Shown: positions 32,306 to 48,254 of the stretch, piece by piece
Layout: each line of letters starts with the position of its first letter
Numbering within the stretch: the stretch's first letter is position 1
Source: the human T2T-CHM13v2.0 reference genome, Homo sapiens
Length of the DNA: 64,000 bases
Assembly (NCBI RefSeq): GCF_009914755.1
Contig: NC_060938.1
Strand: one strand, 5' to 3'
Position numbers and translations under genes: made by a program
The notes under the pieces: generated by a model
The model's input: only the letters and a program-made list of their open reading frames with translations
The model's database searches: none
What the model was told of the DNA's origin: nothing

Positions 32306-33472
32306 GTAAGTTTTTCTTTTTTTCTCTTTTTTCTTTTCCTTTCTTTTGTTTCTTTTATATTACATTCACTGACTTATGGTATCAAATAATAAAATTAGAG
32401 GAAAATGTAAAACAGATGACTTTTTAAAGGTAGTACAGTCTAATTGCTATAGCAAACATCGCCATCATCTTAAATTAGCTCATCTGCTGAGATTATTTTA
32501 TTATTTTAATAATTTGAGTCTGGAGTAGATTTAAACGATGTTTTTAAAAGTTCCTATAGTCCCTCCTTTTCTTCCTTCTCATTGTTTACTCTTTGTGTGT
32601 GCTTTGTATCACATTTCTCACACTGCAGTAAATATAAAGTAGTAAAACTTCATGAAATTGCCTAGATCTATTTCTATATAATTAAAAAAAATACTGCAGT
32701 TGTTGTTAGTTTTGTTTTAAGTATTTTAGGTTTAGATACTGTGTTATTGTGTTCAGCGCTGTTTTGTGTACAATAGGATTTGGTTTGCTTCAAATGGTCA
32801 GAGGTCAACCATTAAGAGATGTTGGAATGATAGTAATGAAAGTGTCAGTAAGAAAACCTTGAAAGATTATTTGTGGCATGGCTTTTTGTAGCGGGCATTG
32901 TGATCAGAAATCTGAAGATGACAGGCTATTACAAGGGCTTGTGATGTGTAACCTGCAAGACGTAAGTGTGTACTAAGTTACACTCCCATCTGCAGTGTGT
33001 CAGGGAGTTTTAGTCGTTGTTCCACAGCCTCATCAACATTCAGGCTTCTCAATTTTAGTCATGCTTCATCTCAAGAAAAGATAGTTCCTTAAACTGAGAT
33101 AAAATTTGGTTATGATTTTATAATTTTTAGATTTGTTTTTGGAAAATTAAAATCTTGGATCTTTGCAACATAAAGAATATGTATAAATAATATAAACTAT
33201 CACACAGCCTTTGAGGTTTATAAAACCAAGGAAGAAGTCAAGGGAGAAAATATGACATTCAAAAAGTTCTGCATACTTTAATGGCTTTTTAGTTTATATT
33301 TTGAATTAAAGTCAAGTGCTGTTAAGTTTGTCTTGGGTGATGTTCATCTTTTACATTTTATTGTAGTTGGTTAAAATGATAAATTCAAATTTATATTTTT
33401 CCTGATCAAGGAGAATAAGGGAACTTTGAAATACTGTATAAAGATACTTGATTGAATAGAAAGTTATGTATA

Positions 33473-33987
33473 TAGTTGGCCCTCTGTATCTGTGGGTTCT
33501 GCATCCATGGATTCAACCAACTAAAGATAGGAGATATTTGAAAAAGCAATGGGTGTGGTAGTGTGCCCCTGCAGTCTCAGCTACTCAAGAGGCTGAGGTG
33601 GGAGGATCACTTAGGCGCAGGAGGTTGAGGTTGCATTGAGCCATGTTCATGTCACTGCACTTCAGCCTGGGAGACAGAGTGAGACCCTCTCTCTAAAAAT
33701 ATATATATATATTTGAAAGAAAAGAAAAGGATAGTTGTCTTTGTACTGAACATGTACAGACTTTTTTCTTGTCATGATTCCCTATAGTTAAGCAGAGATT
33801 TACATAGCATGTACATTGTATTGGGTATTATAAGTAATGTAAAGTTGATTTAAAGTATACCAGAGAATGTACATAGATTATGTGCAAACACTGCACCATT
33901 TTATATGAGGGACTTGAGCATCCGTGGATTATGGTATCTGCAGAGGAGTCCTGGAACCAATCCCCCATGGATACAGGGGGATGACTA
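33473..33987. mobile_element. MER2 MITE with an inserted Alu monomer
   Basis: agttggccctctgtatctgtgggttc...ggaaccaatcccccatggatacagggggatgact. Confidence 0.85.
33551..33700 (+). mobile_element. FRAM / Alu right monomer
   Basis: Monomer inside MER2; flanking repeat atatttgaaa. Confidence 0.8.
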
Positions 33988-35554
33988 TATATTCTTATTT
34001 TATTATTAATTCATACTGTTGCTTGACTTAATTCCGTGCAAAATAAAATTCACTTTTTAAATGTTGTGTTTGTTTGCTTTTAAGTAGTAACTGTAGGCTA
34101 ATGCTTTTCAGTTTTTCCTAAGGTGATTTATTTTCCCAAGTGAGAAAGGGGCACTGCTTTTCTTTGTTTTTAATAGAACCCTCTGAAAAAATAGGTACTG
34201 AATATCCCATTTCTATGCCTTTGGCTTTGTTTCTCTATTTAGAAATAAATGCAGATTATACTATGTACTTATATAACTGTGATATCTGTTTTTTGTGACA
34301 ATTAAGATTGTAAGATTGGTTTTAAAAGGATTTTGAAAAATATTTCCTTTAGAAAATGTTGGAATTTTCCTAGCTAAATTGATACATTTAAATGGAAAAT
34401 CTCTCACACAGGTCCGAGATTTAATTAAAAAAAAAAAAAGGAAATCATGAACTTTTACACATTTATACTGTACTTTGAACAGGCACCATAGTACTGTTCA
34501 AATTAATTATGTCAATTTAATATGTTATATATGATAATTTGCTAAATTAAATTATTGCTTGCTATATATATAAGCTTACCTCACAGATTGTCTTGAAATA
34601 TGTATATAAATATAAATATATAAAAATAAAAAATATATATAATAAAAATATATAAATATATAAAATGTGATTATTCAGCTTTTCCCCCCCTTTCTCTATT
34701 TGAACTAGTACTAGAAAACCTCGTCTTTTGGGAAGGGTGACATCATTTGGCCCTTATGTGCGCATGAATGCATTTAAGTTTTAAGTATGCTGTTGCTTTT
34801 TTCTACGTTAGTCCCTGAGAATTAAAGAGGAATTAATCGATATCACTTGATTGAAAACAGATGTATTAATATCTTTCAGAAGTTTTCAATTATAAGATGG
34901 CTTTACTAATATTTTGAGGCTATCACTGAAATGAAAACATAAAATTAAAAAATTTTCACAGAGAATTTTATAGACCTTTGAGTATGTTCAGACTGCAGTT
35001 TTGAGAAACAGTTGTAGAAGTCTGGTAGAATCTTTTCTCCTGAAGTTTATGGAGGAGGTGTAAGTGATACTCTGCCATTGGGATGGAAGATGCGGAACCT
35101 TTGTCTTTTTAAAGTGTTCACACTAGTATTGAAAAAACAGTAGGCTCTGAAGCTGTTTAGAGATACTGGATAAAAGTAACCGAAAAAAATTTAAATACTG
35201 CTTTATAAAATAAATTGTGGTTATGGCTATTTATGTTGACTTTATCATTGACTTCTAATTACCACGTACAGAATAGTTATTATACGTATTGTAAATTATG
35301 TATCAGATTAAAATAATAGGATGTTTTTGCCAGAAAGGACCTTAAAGAAAATTTAGTTTGGCCCCTTCATTTTACAGATGACAATGAATCCGAAAAGTGA
35401 CCTGATTTGCTCCAGGACACTCAACATAGGAAAGGACAAACAGTGGGTAGAATGAGAGATCTTTTAGCTGCCAGTTTGGGGATTTTTTTTTTTCCACAGC
35501 AGAATTTTCTTTTTTTCTGAGACATACAGAATTACGGTGGACTGTAAACTTCTT

Positions 35555-35740
35555 TTTATTTATTTATTATTATTATTATACTTTAAGTTTTAGGGTACAT
35601 GTGCACAATGTGCAGGTTAGTTACATATGTATACATGTGCCATGCTGGTGCGCTGCACCCACTAACTCGTCATCTAGCATTAGGTATATCTCCCAGTGCT
35701 ATCCCTCCCCCCTCCCCCCACCCCACAACAGTCCCCAGAG
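35555..35740 (-). mobile_element. 5'-truncated L1PA2 (3' UTR only)
   Basis: cccactaactcgtcatctagc diagnostic; TSD tgtaaacttctt (35543-35554 / 35741-35752). Confidence 0.92.
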
Positions 35741-37578
35741 TGTAAACTTCTTAATGACAGGATTATATTTTCTGTTTCTCTGATTTCCAGGACCTAGCAC
35801 TGTGGATAACTAATATTTAGGAGGTAACAGCTAATGAAAGTACAATTAAGGTTTATGAAAATAGTCTTACCATATGTATGTCATATTTACATTCATTGGA
35901 ATATTTTTCTTTATCTTTTAAAACATAATTTGAATTTTTTTATGCTTGCTGCTGAAATTCTTATGTTTTTGTTTTTAAATTGACCTTTGTAGTATGCCAT
36001 CTTAGTTGTATTCTTTTTATTTATTTTCCATTCCAGAGTTTTATAAGTTGTTGGAATAAAAGAAAATGAAAATGCATTGCTTAGATAACAGGACTTTCAC
36101 CTTTTGAAAATTCTTTGGAAATGCTTTTTACTGGTATTTCCAAGGTCTACATTTTTACTTTTTCAGAGAATTCAACAAATCAATTTCAGTTGTTATATGA
36201 ATAATATTGAACTTTTTTGTCTCCCCTTAATCTTCTTCTACTTCCTTCATTTCTTGATATTGTACAAATGTTTTCTGGTGTAAGGGGAGGAGTACCAGTT
36301 AACACTATTTACAAAAGAGGTTTATGGAGATAAATTTGGATATATTATTAAATATTCTAAGAGGGAAATGCCTTATTTTCATTGAAAGTTGTTGTTAAAA
36401 TCCAAATTATTTTACTAAGATGTGCTTATAATCCGTTTTTCTGTGGCCATCTGTGTTCTTGATTACATGCCTTTTGAGAATATCCATTGCTCTAATTTAT
36501 TGCTTATCAAGGTTTTTGGAATATTAGTGATTATTTTTATGTTTAAAGCTGCTTAGACAAATGAATCAAAATATGTGCATTTTAAATTTTGCTATTTTAA
36601 AGACAGTTTTAAATCATTAACAAATGGAAAGAATTTGTTCTGGTTTTAAAGTGGACATATAACAAGGTTAAATTTTTTATTATTATTTGAGACAAGCACA
36701 AATTTTTTTTTCCTCTTTTTAATGGTGAACTTCATGTGGGCCTGGATTTATTTATTTATTTATTTATTTTACACCATGAGCTGTTCCATTATGCCAAGTG
36801 GGTTTAATTTATGCAGGATTATACCTTGTCTTAGATACTAATAAATATTCAAAATAGAAAAATAAGAAACTAGGCCACTTCATTTAAAATAATTAAGGTT
36901 TTATTAATTATAAATTGGGAATATTGTGTTTATAACTGGTGAGATAAGAGGAAAAAGAATGTATGTACCCAAATTCGACATTTATTTTTATCTTAAACAT
37001 AAATATTCAGAACTGTCACTTTTGTGAAAGCCTGATGAAGTCACTCTGATTGTAAAGTAGGAATCCTAGACCCTTGATGTAGACATAGATATGCCATTAA
37101 AACTGCAGTCCTGTTTTGCTGTGTGTAACATTGTTGTATCACTTTTCTAGAAATGTAATTTTTGGTTTACTCTTATTACTTTCATATTTTTACTGAAAAC
37201 AAGCACCACAGGACTTCTGAGGTAAGAAAAGTCCTTTACAGGATTTTTCTTTTCCATAAATGCTTACTGTTGGCTCACTCACATTTGAAATCAGATTGTT
37301 CTTAAACCTATCCTATGTTCATTCAGGTCCCTGAAACTCACAGTCTAGACTAAACCTTTATCAGTTAGTGAAAATAATTCTAGAAAAAGTGTATCTTTCT
37401 TTTATGTAGCTCTTTATGACTTCTGAAACTTTGTTTTTATTGTTTCTAGCAAAAACCTAGAAACAACTTAAAAGTTAGTAAGTAGGTGATTGGCTAAATT
37501 AATGTTGACATATCCATACAATATTATATTGTGCCACTGTTACAATGAATGGTTTAGCCCAGAAATGGATTCATAGGT

Positions 37579-38187
37579 TATGCAGGCAAGGGTTAATTCA
37601 GCTAGCATGGGTTACTCATATCCAGCCATTCCCAAAAAAGGCCTCTTTTCAGGACTGCCCTTGCCTGGCTCCTGGGAGATGAGTGCTGGGCCCTGGGAAT
37701 ACTCTGCCTAGTAAGGGTGTTATATGCCTGAGGACTTGAGCCACAGGTACTGGTTTGATCAGATTGTTTATGCAAACAGTGTGATTTATGGTGAAGCCTA
37801 TTTTTCTCTGGGGATCTGGGGACTACAATCTAAATAGCTGAGGTCATCTGCATGCAGGCATTGCATGCCTAGTGACTGACCCTCAATAGAAATGCTGGAC
37901 ATTAAGGCTTGAGTGAACTTTCCTGGTTGACATTACTTTGCATGTGTTGTCACACATTGTTGCTAGGACAATTAAGCACATGCATGCGACTCCACTGGGA
38001 GAGGACACCTGGAATCTTGCACCTGGTTTCTCCTGGACTTTGCTTATGCTCCTTTTCTGTTTGCTCATTTTGATCTGTATCCTTTTTCTGTAATAAGCCA
38101 TAACTGTGAATATAACAGCTTTTGAGTCCTGTGAGTCCTTCTAGTAAATCATTGAGCCAGAAGGTAATCATGGGGAACCTTGACATG
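37579..38187 (+). mobile_element. MER77/MER68-family LTR
   Basis: ggctcctgggagat...gtgatttatggtgaa...gtgttgtcacacattgttgct...gagtcctgtgagtccttctag. Confidence 0.7.
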
Positions 38188-38437
38188 CAGGGGTGCTAAT
38201 AGATATGTACAAGAGTATCTATGGCAGCTTAATTTGTAATTGCTCAAAACTGGCAAGATGTATTGTAGTTAATAGTATTGGCATCAGTCTTAATACATTG
38301 GCTTTGATAATTATGGTTTGTAAGATGGTGATATTAGGAGAAGCTGGGTGAAGGGCATTTGGGAACTCTACCCTTTCTGCAACTTTTTGGTAAATCTAAA
38401 ATTGTTTCAAAATAAAAAGTTAAAAAAAGAAAAGGAG

Positions 38438-38567
38438 GTCAGGTGTGCTGGATCACACCTGAAATCCCAGCATTTGGGAAGCTAAGGCAGGAGGATCACT
38501 TGGCCAGGAGCTAGAGACCAGACTGTGCAACATAGCAAGACCTCATCTTCTCACACACACAGACACA

Positions 38568-38611
<44 letters not shown>

Positions 38612-38805
38612 AAAAAACAATTAGCTGGGTGTGGTGCTACACACCTGTAGTCACAGCTACTTGGGAGGCTGGGGCGGGAGGATGGCTTGAACCCAGGAGT
38701 TCAAGGCTGCAATGAGCTATGAACATGCCACTGCATTCCAGCCTGGGCGACAGAGCAAGACCCTGTCTCAAAATAAATAAATAAATAGAAATAAATAAAT
38801 AAATG
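38438..38805 (+). mobile_element. AluJ with (CA)n in the middle linker
   Basis: Dimer; TSD gaaaaggag. Confidence 0.85.
38553..38606. repeat. (CA)n microsatellite
   Basis: About 27 CA units with two GA interruptions. Confidence 0.95.
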
Positions 38806-39074
38806 AAAAGGAGAGTAGGGCGGGTTTTATGAGTAGAAGTTGGCTCTGGGTAGTCATAAAGAAATGGCACTGGCTGTATTTGGAGAAGGGGACTTGATTT
38901 TGATGCACTGGTTCTCTTCTATTTAGTCATCTGGTCCCATACATATTATCTAATACCTCTTCAATTTAAACCCTGCTCTTCATCTTTCAGCACATCCTCT
39001 TGGCTCCGCTTTCGAAATACATTCAGTATCTGATTACTTTCTACCACCTTCATTGCCATCATCTTGGTTCCTGG

Positions 39075-39300
39075 AGGCTAAAAGTACTGGCTTTGGAGTT
39101 AGACGTTGGTTTGAATCTTAGCTCCACTATTTGCTAATTTTATGACCTTGAATAAGTATTTATCCCAGCTCTAACCTTTCGTTTCCATGTTTGAAAAATG
39201 AGGATAACAATATCTGACTCATAGGGCTGTGAGTATTAAATGAGATAATGTCTGTAATGTTCTTCACAATGTTTGGCATATTCAGTAAAAAGTAGCCTTT
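39075..39300 (+). mobile_element. MIR
   Basis: ggctttggagttagac...gaccttgaataagt...aaaatgaggataacaata...attaaatgagataatg. Confidence 0.75.
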
Positions 39301-39877
39301 AATTATTAATTTTACTAGTTACCTCGTTCCAGATGCCTGGTGTATTTTATCTCTTTCCTCCTAAAATATTTTTTAACAAGGCTGCAAGTGCCTCAGAAGG
39401 AAGAATCATGTCTTATTCACTATTGTATCCCCCTCTGTCTGTCTTACTGGTGGATGCTGTTACTGCCTGAACCCTCCTTTATCTGGTTAACTTACACTTA
39501 TTTTTTGGATCTCAGACTCTTTTTGTCTTTCCTTTTCGATTCCACCTACAGCACTTGTGTCCAAAACTCCATGCTAGGAACAATGGGATAATAAAGATGA
39601 ATAAAACATAGTATTTGCCCTTAAGGCTTCTACAAATAAGGTAATTGTAGAGGCAAATCGCTCTCTGTGATATAATGGAGAATAAAATAAGTATCTTGTC
39701 TACTGTTCCTTTTCTGTTTCTTAAAATATGTAAGTAGCTTGTAAGTAACTTCTCTGTCTGTCCTTTGTTTGGGACTATAGATTACACAGAGGGAATTAAA
39801 GGGAGGTAGTAGAGACCTTCATAGTCTCTCGGGTAAACCCTTTATCATGTCTAGCTTTGGTCCTTAAATGTCCCATT

Positions 39878-40173
39878 CTTTTTTTCTTTTTATTTTTTGA
39901 GACAAGGTCTCTCTCTTTCCCAGGCAGGAGTGCAATGGCGTGGTCATAGCTTACTGCAGCTATGCCGAGTTCTAGTGATCCTCCTGCCTCAACCTCCCAA
40001 ATATCTGGGACTAGAGGCATGTACCACCATGCCTAGCTAATTTTTTTGATTTTTAGTAGAGACAGGTCTTGCTATGTTGCCCAGGCTGGTCTTGAACTCC
40101 TGGGCTGAAGCAGTCTGCCCACTGTGGCCTCCTAAAGTTCTAGGATTATAGGCATGAGCCACTGTGCCTGGCC
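39878..40173 (-). mobile_element. AluJ
   Basis: Dimer; TSD ccattctt. Confidence 0.85.
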
Positions 40174-40679
40174 AGGGTTCCATTCTTATTTAGAAAGTCA
40201 GTGCTCTTTTGGAGACTGATAGGTAGTGGTTAAATTCATAAAGCACATGCATAATTCTAAAGTTGTATGCTAAGAAAACATTGGAAATGAAGGCCAGTTG
40301 TAGCTCTTAGTCTTTAGCGTTACTTTACGTATGTTACACAGTACCTTGATTTGTTGTAGAATTTTCTAACTGAAGATCTTAAGGTTGTAGCTGAGTGGCA
40401 ATCTTGTTTTCCAGTGAGTACAGGGATGCAGAGAATGAGGTGATTTATGTAAGATTGCTTAAGGAGTCATTTGGATAATTGAATAATATCACTTGCCGCT
40501 TCCATCCTGGGTTGTTATTGTAGTATCTTAATGGGTCTGCTTCTCTCTTTTCTGTATCGGTAATAGTACATATGGGTACATACCATTGCTACATCATTTT
40601 CCCAAAGTGTATTTCTGATCACATCCCTCCTATGCTCAGAAGCATTGTATGGTACCATGATGCTTATAGAATTAAGCCA

Positions 40680-40800
40680 CTAGACTATAAGCAGTATGGG
40701 GGCAGAGAAACTATTTGTTTTGTCCACAGTTGTATCCTTTGAAGCTAGGACAATGTATGGCACATAATATATGCTCTAATTAATATTTATTGAATGATTA
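40680..40800 (+). mobile_element. L2 3' end
   Basis: tagactataagc...ggcacata...aatatttattgaatga. Confidence 0.6.
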
Positions 40801-41911
40801 AGTCTTAGTTTAGGATATGATATAATATTTAAAGTTCTCTTCCTTCTGGCTCCAACCTACTCCTCCCATGTTGTCATTTCTCTTCTGTGCAGGCTGCTGG
40901 TATACTACCCCGAGACCTCTCTATGGCTTTTTAGCTGTGGATGTCCTCTTCTTTCATCTCTTCCTTTCTAAATTTTTTTCTTTCCTATCTGAGCTCTCAA
41001 GTTCTGTCTCTCCTCTGAGATTTTTGTATCACTGTTTTAGCCCCAGTTAATTCTACCTTCTTTTGTAGTACACATGGTCTTAACTTCTAATTGGAACTTT
41101 AATTATGTATTTGCCTTGCAGTGTCACTTAAATATTTGCATGTATATATCTGAGCTCCTCAGTTATATTATAAAGCCCCCTGAAAACAGAATTATGTTCT
41201 TATGCATCCTCCATAGCTGCCTATATTGAATAGTGTCATATATTGAGTAGGTGTCCAATATATATTTGTAGAATGATGTATCACACTTTTTCTAGTTAGG
41301 CAATTTTTGAAATGCATGTCTAATTAGATGCCTACTTCAATTCTTACACTACTTAAAGGGAAAACATTCTAACATTCATTCTAAAAATTGAAAAGATACT
41401 GGGAAACTAAAACTTAAGTGTCTCCCCTGCACCCCTTTAAAACTGAATGTAGAAGATTTGTTGATAATTTGACAGCTCTGTACCTTTAATTTAGTATGAT
41501 GCATGAACTTCTGTGAGACATCAACCAAGATTTTATACGAAGAGCTGTGATCATCAAGGTGGGAATTTAACATCAGTGCTCTGTACACATAGTATTACTG
41601 TAATGCCTTCTTTAGAAGTTTAACAACGTCAGGTGATATTCTATGTTATGATTTTTAACTTATCAAAGGAAAGCATTGTAGAGAAATTAGATCATCTCTT
41701 GAATAGAATCTGATAACTGCTCACTGTTTAATTAAATTCAAATAAACAGTTTGAAATAGAATATTGGCTGTATGAGAGTTTGGTCAAAGGATATTTTCTT
41801 GAGTTTTTCAAAGACAAAATTTGTTTTTTTGGTTGATATTTTTACATATCCTTTGCGTTTCTTGAATGTAGTTCACTTAGTTAATACAGTACAGTTAATA
41901 CAGTTACCTTC

Positions 41912-43828
<1,917 letters not shown>

Positions 43829-44117
43829 CCAGAAAACAACTTTAATTTTCCTAGTTAGAATGTTTTCCCTTTATTGAATATAAGAATTCAAGAGGCACTT
43901 AATTAACTTTGTAAGATTAAAAATATTTCCCAAACATTTAAGAATCTATGTAAAACATAACAGCTGTGGTTTAAAGGTTTTATTATCTTCCAATACAAGT
44001 AACAAAATGTAAATTAGAGGATATTAAAAATTATGTATTTTTCACTTGAACATTGTTTCCTACCCCTTTTTTGACTTCTGTTTATCTTTGATATTGAAAG
44101 ATAAATATTCTTGTTGA

Positions 44118-44447
<330 letters not shown>

Positions 44448-44849
44448 TAGATTATTTTAATGTTGACTCAGTTTCTGCTGGGAAATATCTTCTTAAAAGT
44501 GAAACATTTGCATTAGATTATAGCTTTTTTAACCTTAAGGCTATTTTGATGGTTATAGGAGAGAAAAGTATGTATGGCTAGACAGAGAGCAATAGTTCTT
44601 TTTGTATTACCATTAATGGTTTGAACCTAAGCTCCTTTTAAAATTAAATTTTGATTATAAACATTTGGGCTTTGAAGTCCCTTTTAAGATCAGGGTCCTT
44701 ATTTATTGTCTCAGAGTTTGTGTTAATTGTTTTACTGGAAAAAATAAGTAGTCATTGACATTGAAAAAATTTCTACAGGTTTGAAATGCTGTTAAGAAGA
44801 AATAGCTACATCTTATTGATAACTACTTTTTTTGTTTCGGGTTCTGTAG

Positions 44850-45065
44850 TGAGTACATTTTAAACATTTTCCATTTCATATTCTAAATAAGTTTGTGAGG
44901 TAGGTTATACTATTCCCTTTTTATAGTTGAAGAAATTGAGGCTTATAGAGGTTAAATAACTTTACCAGAGTCACTTGGCTAGTAAGTGGAAGGGCTTGAG
45001 TTTGAATCCAGATATGTGTGATTACAATGCATGTGTTCTTATTCATAATGGAACACTGCCTCCTA
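44850..45065 (-). mobile_element. MIR
   Basis: gtgaggtagg...gaagaaattgaggcttatagaggttaaataactt...ctagtaagtgg. Confidence 0.7.
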
Positions 45066-45697
45066 ATGCAGTAGTCAAAATTATTCTATTCCCTTGCTGC
45101 TTATCATACTAAAAACTTTTCAATACTTATTGTTTCCTCTAAGCCTTTTTCAATGGAAAGTCTCTAATTTTGCTTTATGCTTTGATTGCTGCTTGTAAGT
45201 GTAACCACAGTGTTGCTTCTGTATTAGTGTTATCAGTATTTAAAGTAAGAGAAATATTTGATTATTTGCAGCTTTGATTGCTTTTTCACAAACATGCAAA
45301 TCACACATGTAATGTTAAGAGTATAATTAATGCCTTTTATGTGCCAGTGAATATACTGAAGACTTGTAGGTTTTCTGAACAATATTCTCAGAATTGGCAA
45401 ACTTGTAGCTTAAGTCTTGTAATAAGGATGCTGTCTTAGGAAAATAATTTCAAAATACTTGCACTTTAGACCTCTCTTGGGGAACACATGAAGTAAGGCT
45501 GCTTCCTAAGATTCTGCTTTGAGGTTTTATGAAGACACAATACATGCTGTTACTGGACAGAAGACATTTTAGTTTCATGACATTGCCAAATGTATCTCGT
45601 AAAATTCACTGTTCATGAATTTAATTAAAAGTTCTTAGGAGCTTAAAACTTAAAGTAGGTATTTTAGACTCATGACTCAAAGGATCTTCTTTCAGTT

Positions 45698-45744
45698 TGT
45701 GTGTGTGTGTGTGTGTGTGTGTCATACACACACACACACACACA
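45698..45744. repeat. Inverted (TG)n-CAT-(AC)n microsatellite
   Basis: TG run 45698-45722, CAT, AC run 45726-45744. Confidence 0.95.
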
Positions 45745-46013
45745 TAAATATATATATTTGAAGGAGTTACAGTTCTAAACTAAACTGGAATAAAGTAATG
45801 CCCATAGTTATTAAGTACTAAAGTACAGTATTTTAAAGAAATGTTGAAATTGTTATAATATGAAGTTTCTTAGTGCCCCTAGCTTACAGCCACTAAAGTT
45901 AGTTTTATATCTGATACCATATTGTAATGAATTTACTTTTTTGTTCTGTATGATCTTTAGCTTAGTTTACTGGGTTGCCCAATAACATGGGATTGACCTG
46001 CCTGCTAACCTTG

Positions 46014-46600
46014 TGTTGGAGTCTGCTTAGTCCCTAGTTCAGCTAGGTCCAAGTTTTTGTCTCATGACCAAGAAGAATAAGGCTTGCAGCCACTGGAGAG
46101 TAAATAGAGTAGAATTTATTAAGCGAAAGGAAAGCTCTTAGCAAAGAGAGGGGACCTGAAAGCAGGTTGCCAGAAATAGGACTGAGTTCTGGGTCTTTTA
46201 TGTGGCAAGAGCAAGGAAGCCTTCTGTGGGTTCTGCCCAAAATGGGAGGGCTAAAGTTCCCTCCTAAGGATGTTGCATCTGTGCATGCCTGGGGTTGACT
46301 CCATCTTAGTTATTACCCGTGAGTGCCTAAGCGAAAGCCACAGGGGTACTAAAACCACAATGCGAATGTCATGTTAATGGCATTATAATGAGTTGGGCCA
46401 AGTTAAGGACATTTAGGTTGACTTATTGCGCCTGTGCCTAAGTTGGGATGGTCCCTTCTGAGCAACATCCTGGCATGAGGGTAAGTTCTTAATCATATTT
46501 CTTCTCATTAGCTACAGGGACAGTGCAGGTGCAGTCCTGTGGGTATTTTTCCACTCCGAAGACCCTCCCTCTCTATCTGCCTAAACTGCCTCCTCTGTCA
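46014..46600 (-). mobile_element. ERV1 solo LTR, LTR9-like
   Basis: TG...CA, 587 bp; perfect 4-bp TSD cttg; minus-strand AATAAA near 46120. Confidence 0.75.
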
Positions 46601-46729
46601 CTTGGAAATGGCAGTTTACTGTTGAACAATAGACCTCTCCTTATGCTTTTCTCTTCCAGTCTTTGGGAATCACACTCTGAAGATTAAACATTTCACTGAG
46701 ACAGCATGACGCAGTAGAAGGTACCCAGA

Positions 46730-47165
46730 ATCACAATACAGTTCACAGTAACAAAGATATGGAATCAACCAAAGTGGATGATTGGATGAGGAAAATGTAG
46801 TATATATACACAATGGAATACTATTCAGCCATAAAAAGAATGAAATAATGTCTTTTGCAGCAACATGGATCAAACTGGAGGCCATTATCTTATGTGAAAT
46901 AAGCTAGACACAAAAAGACAAATACCACATATAAGTGGGAGTGAAATAATGTGTACCCATGGATGTAGAGTGTGGAATGATAGACAGTGGAGACTGGGAA
47001 GGGTGGGAGGGGGTTGGATGATGAGAAATTACTTAATTGGTACAATGTATGTTATTCCAGTGATGGATACCTGGAAAGTCCTGACTTCATCACTATGCAA
47101 TATATCCATGTAACAAAATTACACTGTATCCCATACATTTATATAAATGAAATGAAAAATGAAAG
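46730..47165 (+). mobile_element. L1PB4-like 3' end
   Basis: ggaatactattcagccataaaaagaatgaaat...gatgagaaattactta...ctatgcaatatatccatgtaacaaaa. Confidence 0.75.
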
Positions 47166-47953
47166 AAAATAGGAGTTTAAGTACCATATGTGTTACAACT
47201 AGCTGTGCAATCCTGGACGAGTCAGTTCTCATTTCTGAGCCTCAGTATCCCTATCTGTAGAAAGTGGCTAAAAGTTGCTACCTCATAAGGCTTAATATTA
47301 TTACTAATAATATTAATAGATGAATAGTAATATATTTCCGATTACTAAACTTTATAGAGGTTTTTATAATTTATAAGCACTTTCATATATAATAATTTTA
47401 TAGGGATGTATATTTATCTATATTTCTGAAAGGACTTTGTAAATTCTGAAGCACTACGTAACTTGTTAGTTGATAGTTCCATAACCAGCTAAATCTGATT
47501 TAGTGACTGTTTTTATCCTTAGTTATTTGAACAATGAATCAGAATTTTCTAAGCTCAGATAATGCACTTAACTCAATTTGTTCAGCTAAAATAAAAGTTT
47601 TGGAATGTTTTTTAACTAGTGTTAAGATTTGTTTTAAAATTAGATTGTAACGACATCTGGCTTTTATATTATTATTTAAAGATGTAGAAATGGTGATGTA
47701 GTAAAAATCATGAGTGGTTAGTAGTTGGGGGCTAGTGTCATTTTTAGGAGTTGCAGTGATGAACTCTATCCACTAAATTTAGTGATGGATCAGTGTAGTT
47801 CTTTTAAAATAAATATTTAGTACTTTATGTTTACAGAGGACCCTGCAATTATTAGTTAGCTTATACCAATATTTATTGCTATATAAAGGGCTGGGCAAGT
47901 GCCTATAATGGCCACCTTTGGAGAGGATTTACAGGCACCTTTGAGAAAACTTC

Positions 47954-48254
47954 TTTTTTTTTTGAAGATGGAGTCTTGCTCTGTCACCCAGGCTGGAGTG
48001 CAGTGGTGTGATCTCGGCTCACTGTGACCTCCACCTCCTGGATTCAGGCAATTCTCTTGCCTAAGCCTCCTGAGTAGCTGGGATTACAGGCTCCCACCAC
48101 CATGCCCTTTTTAACAGCTAATTTTTGTATTTTTAGGAGAGATAGGGTTTCACCATGTTGACCAGGCTGGTTTTAAACTCCTGACCTCAAATGATCTGCC
48201 CACCTCTGCCTCCCAAAGTGCTGGGATTACAGGCGTGAGCCACCGCGCCTGGCC
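47954..48254 (-). mobile_element. AluS
   Basis: TSD tgagaaaacttct. Confidence 0.9.
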
